Source: Marsupella aquatica (Eukaryota > Plantae > Marchantiophyta). From it: a stretch of 64,000 bases of DNA. The stretch is taken from NCBI GenBank assembly GCA_973895155.1, contig OZ316898.1, positions 3,720,480-3,784,479 of the forward strand, written 5' to 3'. A program made the translations under genes and the position numbers. Position 1 is the stretch's first letter, and each line of letters starts with the position of its first letter. Positions 63,601 through 64,000 of the stretch are shown piece by piece. Below the pieces are notes generated by a model. The model saw only the letters and a program-made list of their open reading frames with translations. It ran no database searches and was not told where the DNA came from.

Positions 63601-64000
63601 TCTTTCTTTTCTCACCGGCCGTTGTTTCATTTCGCCTCCCCTCGCAGCTACCGTCGTGAGGTGCCTCCCAGTCCTGCCTGTGTATACACATGCGGGGCTC
63701 ATCATTGCCCTTGGGTCGCGCATAGGGCCACGCGCCCTCCCTTCGGCGTTTTTCTTCCTCCCGCGCCCGTTGCCAGCATCTCGGCCAGCATTTAATTAAG
63801 CGCGAGGAGGGGGAGCCGACCAGGAGCACAAGCACAAGGAGAGGGCACGAGGCCCTATGAAGATTTAAAGAGGGAGGGGGAGTTAACGTCAACCCCCTTC
63901 GGGAGTCCTTCTGCCACTCTGCCAGGGCCCATTTCAGCATTAAAGAGGAGGGAGGGGGAGCCGAGCACCAGCCACAGAGGGGAGGGGGAAGCGAAAGGAG

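Noticed and set aside
63377-63940. 187-aa minus-strand ORF at the window end
   Set aside because: Low-complexity GC-rich sequence open in several frames, with no domain. It is probably part of a repeat that continues beyond the window.

Overview
Repeat-rich land-plant nuclear DNA. The Ty1/copia Met-tRNA PBS, the PIF/Harbinger element and the AP2/ERF gene all point to a plant; the species cannot be determined. The only clearly intact host gene is an intronless DREB-type AP2/ERF transcription factor (36804-37949, +), with a truncated calmodulin-like EF-hand remnant about 1.5 kb upstream. Two nested transposon complexes dominate the window. (1) A PIF/Harbinger element (10722-22816, TAA TSD) holds a decayed transposase, a decayed Myb/SANT gene and a possible third ORF, and a full-length copia element (10950-16986, ATTTC TSD) has inserted into it. 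(2) An older copia element (47282-59405) carries three later insertions: a ~4 kb TG..CA-bounded unit with a decayed coiled-coil ORF, a MITE with an 8-bp TSD, and a 1.27 kb element with Transib/RSS-heptamer-like termini, a 4-bp TSD and an internal 59-bp minisatellite. There are also several MITEs, solo-LTR-like pieces and two unexplained 120-180 bp tandem arrays. All coordinates and alignments were done by eye and no database searches were run.
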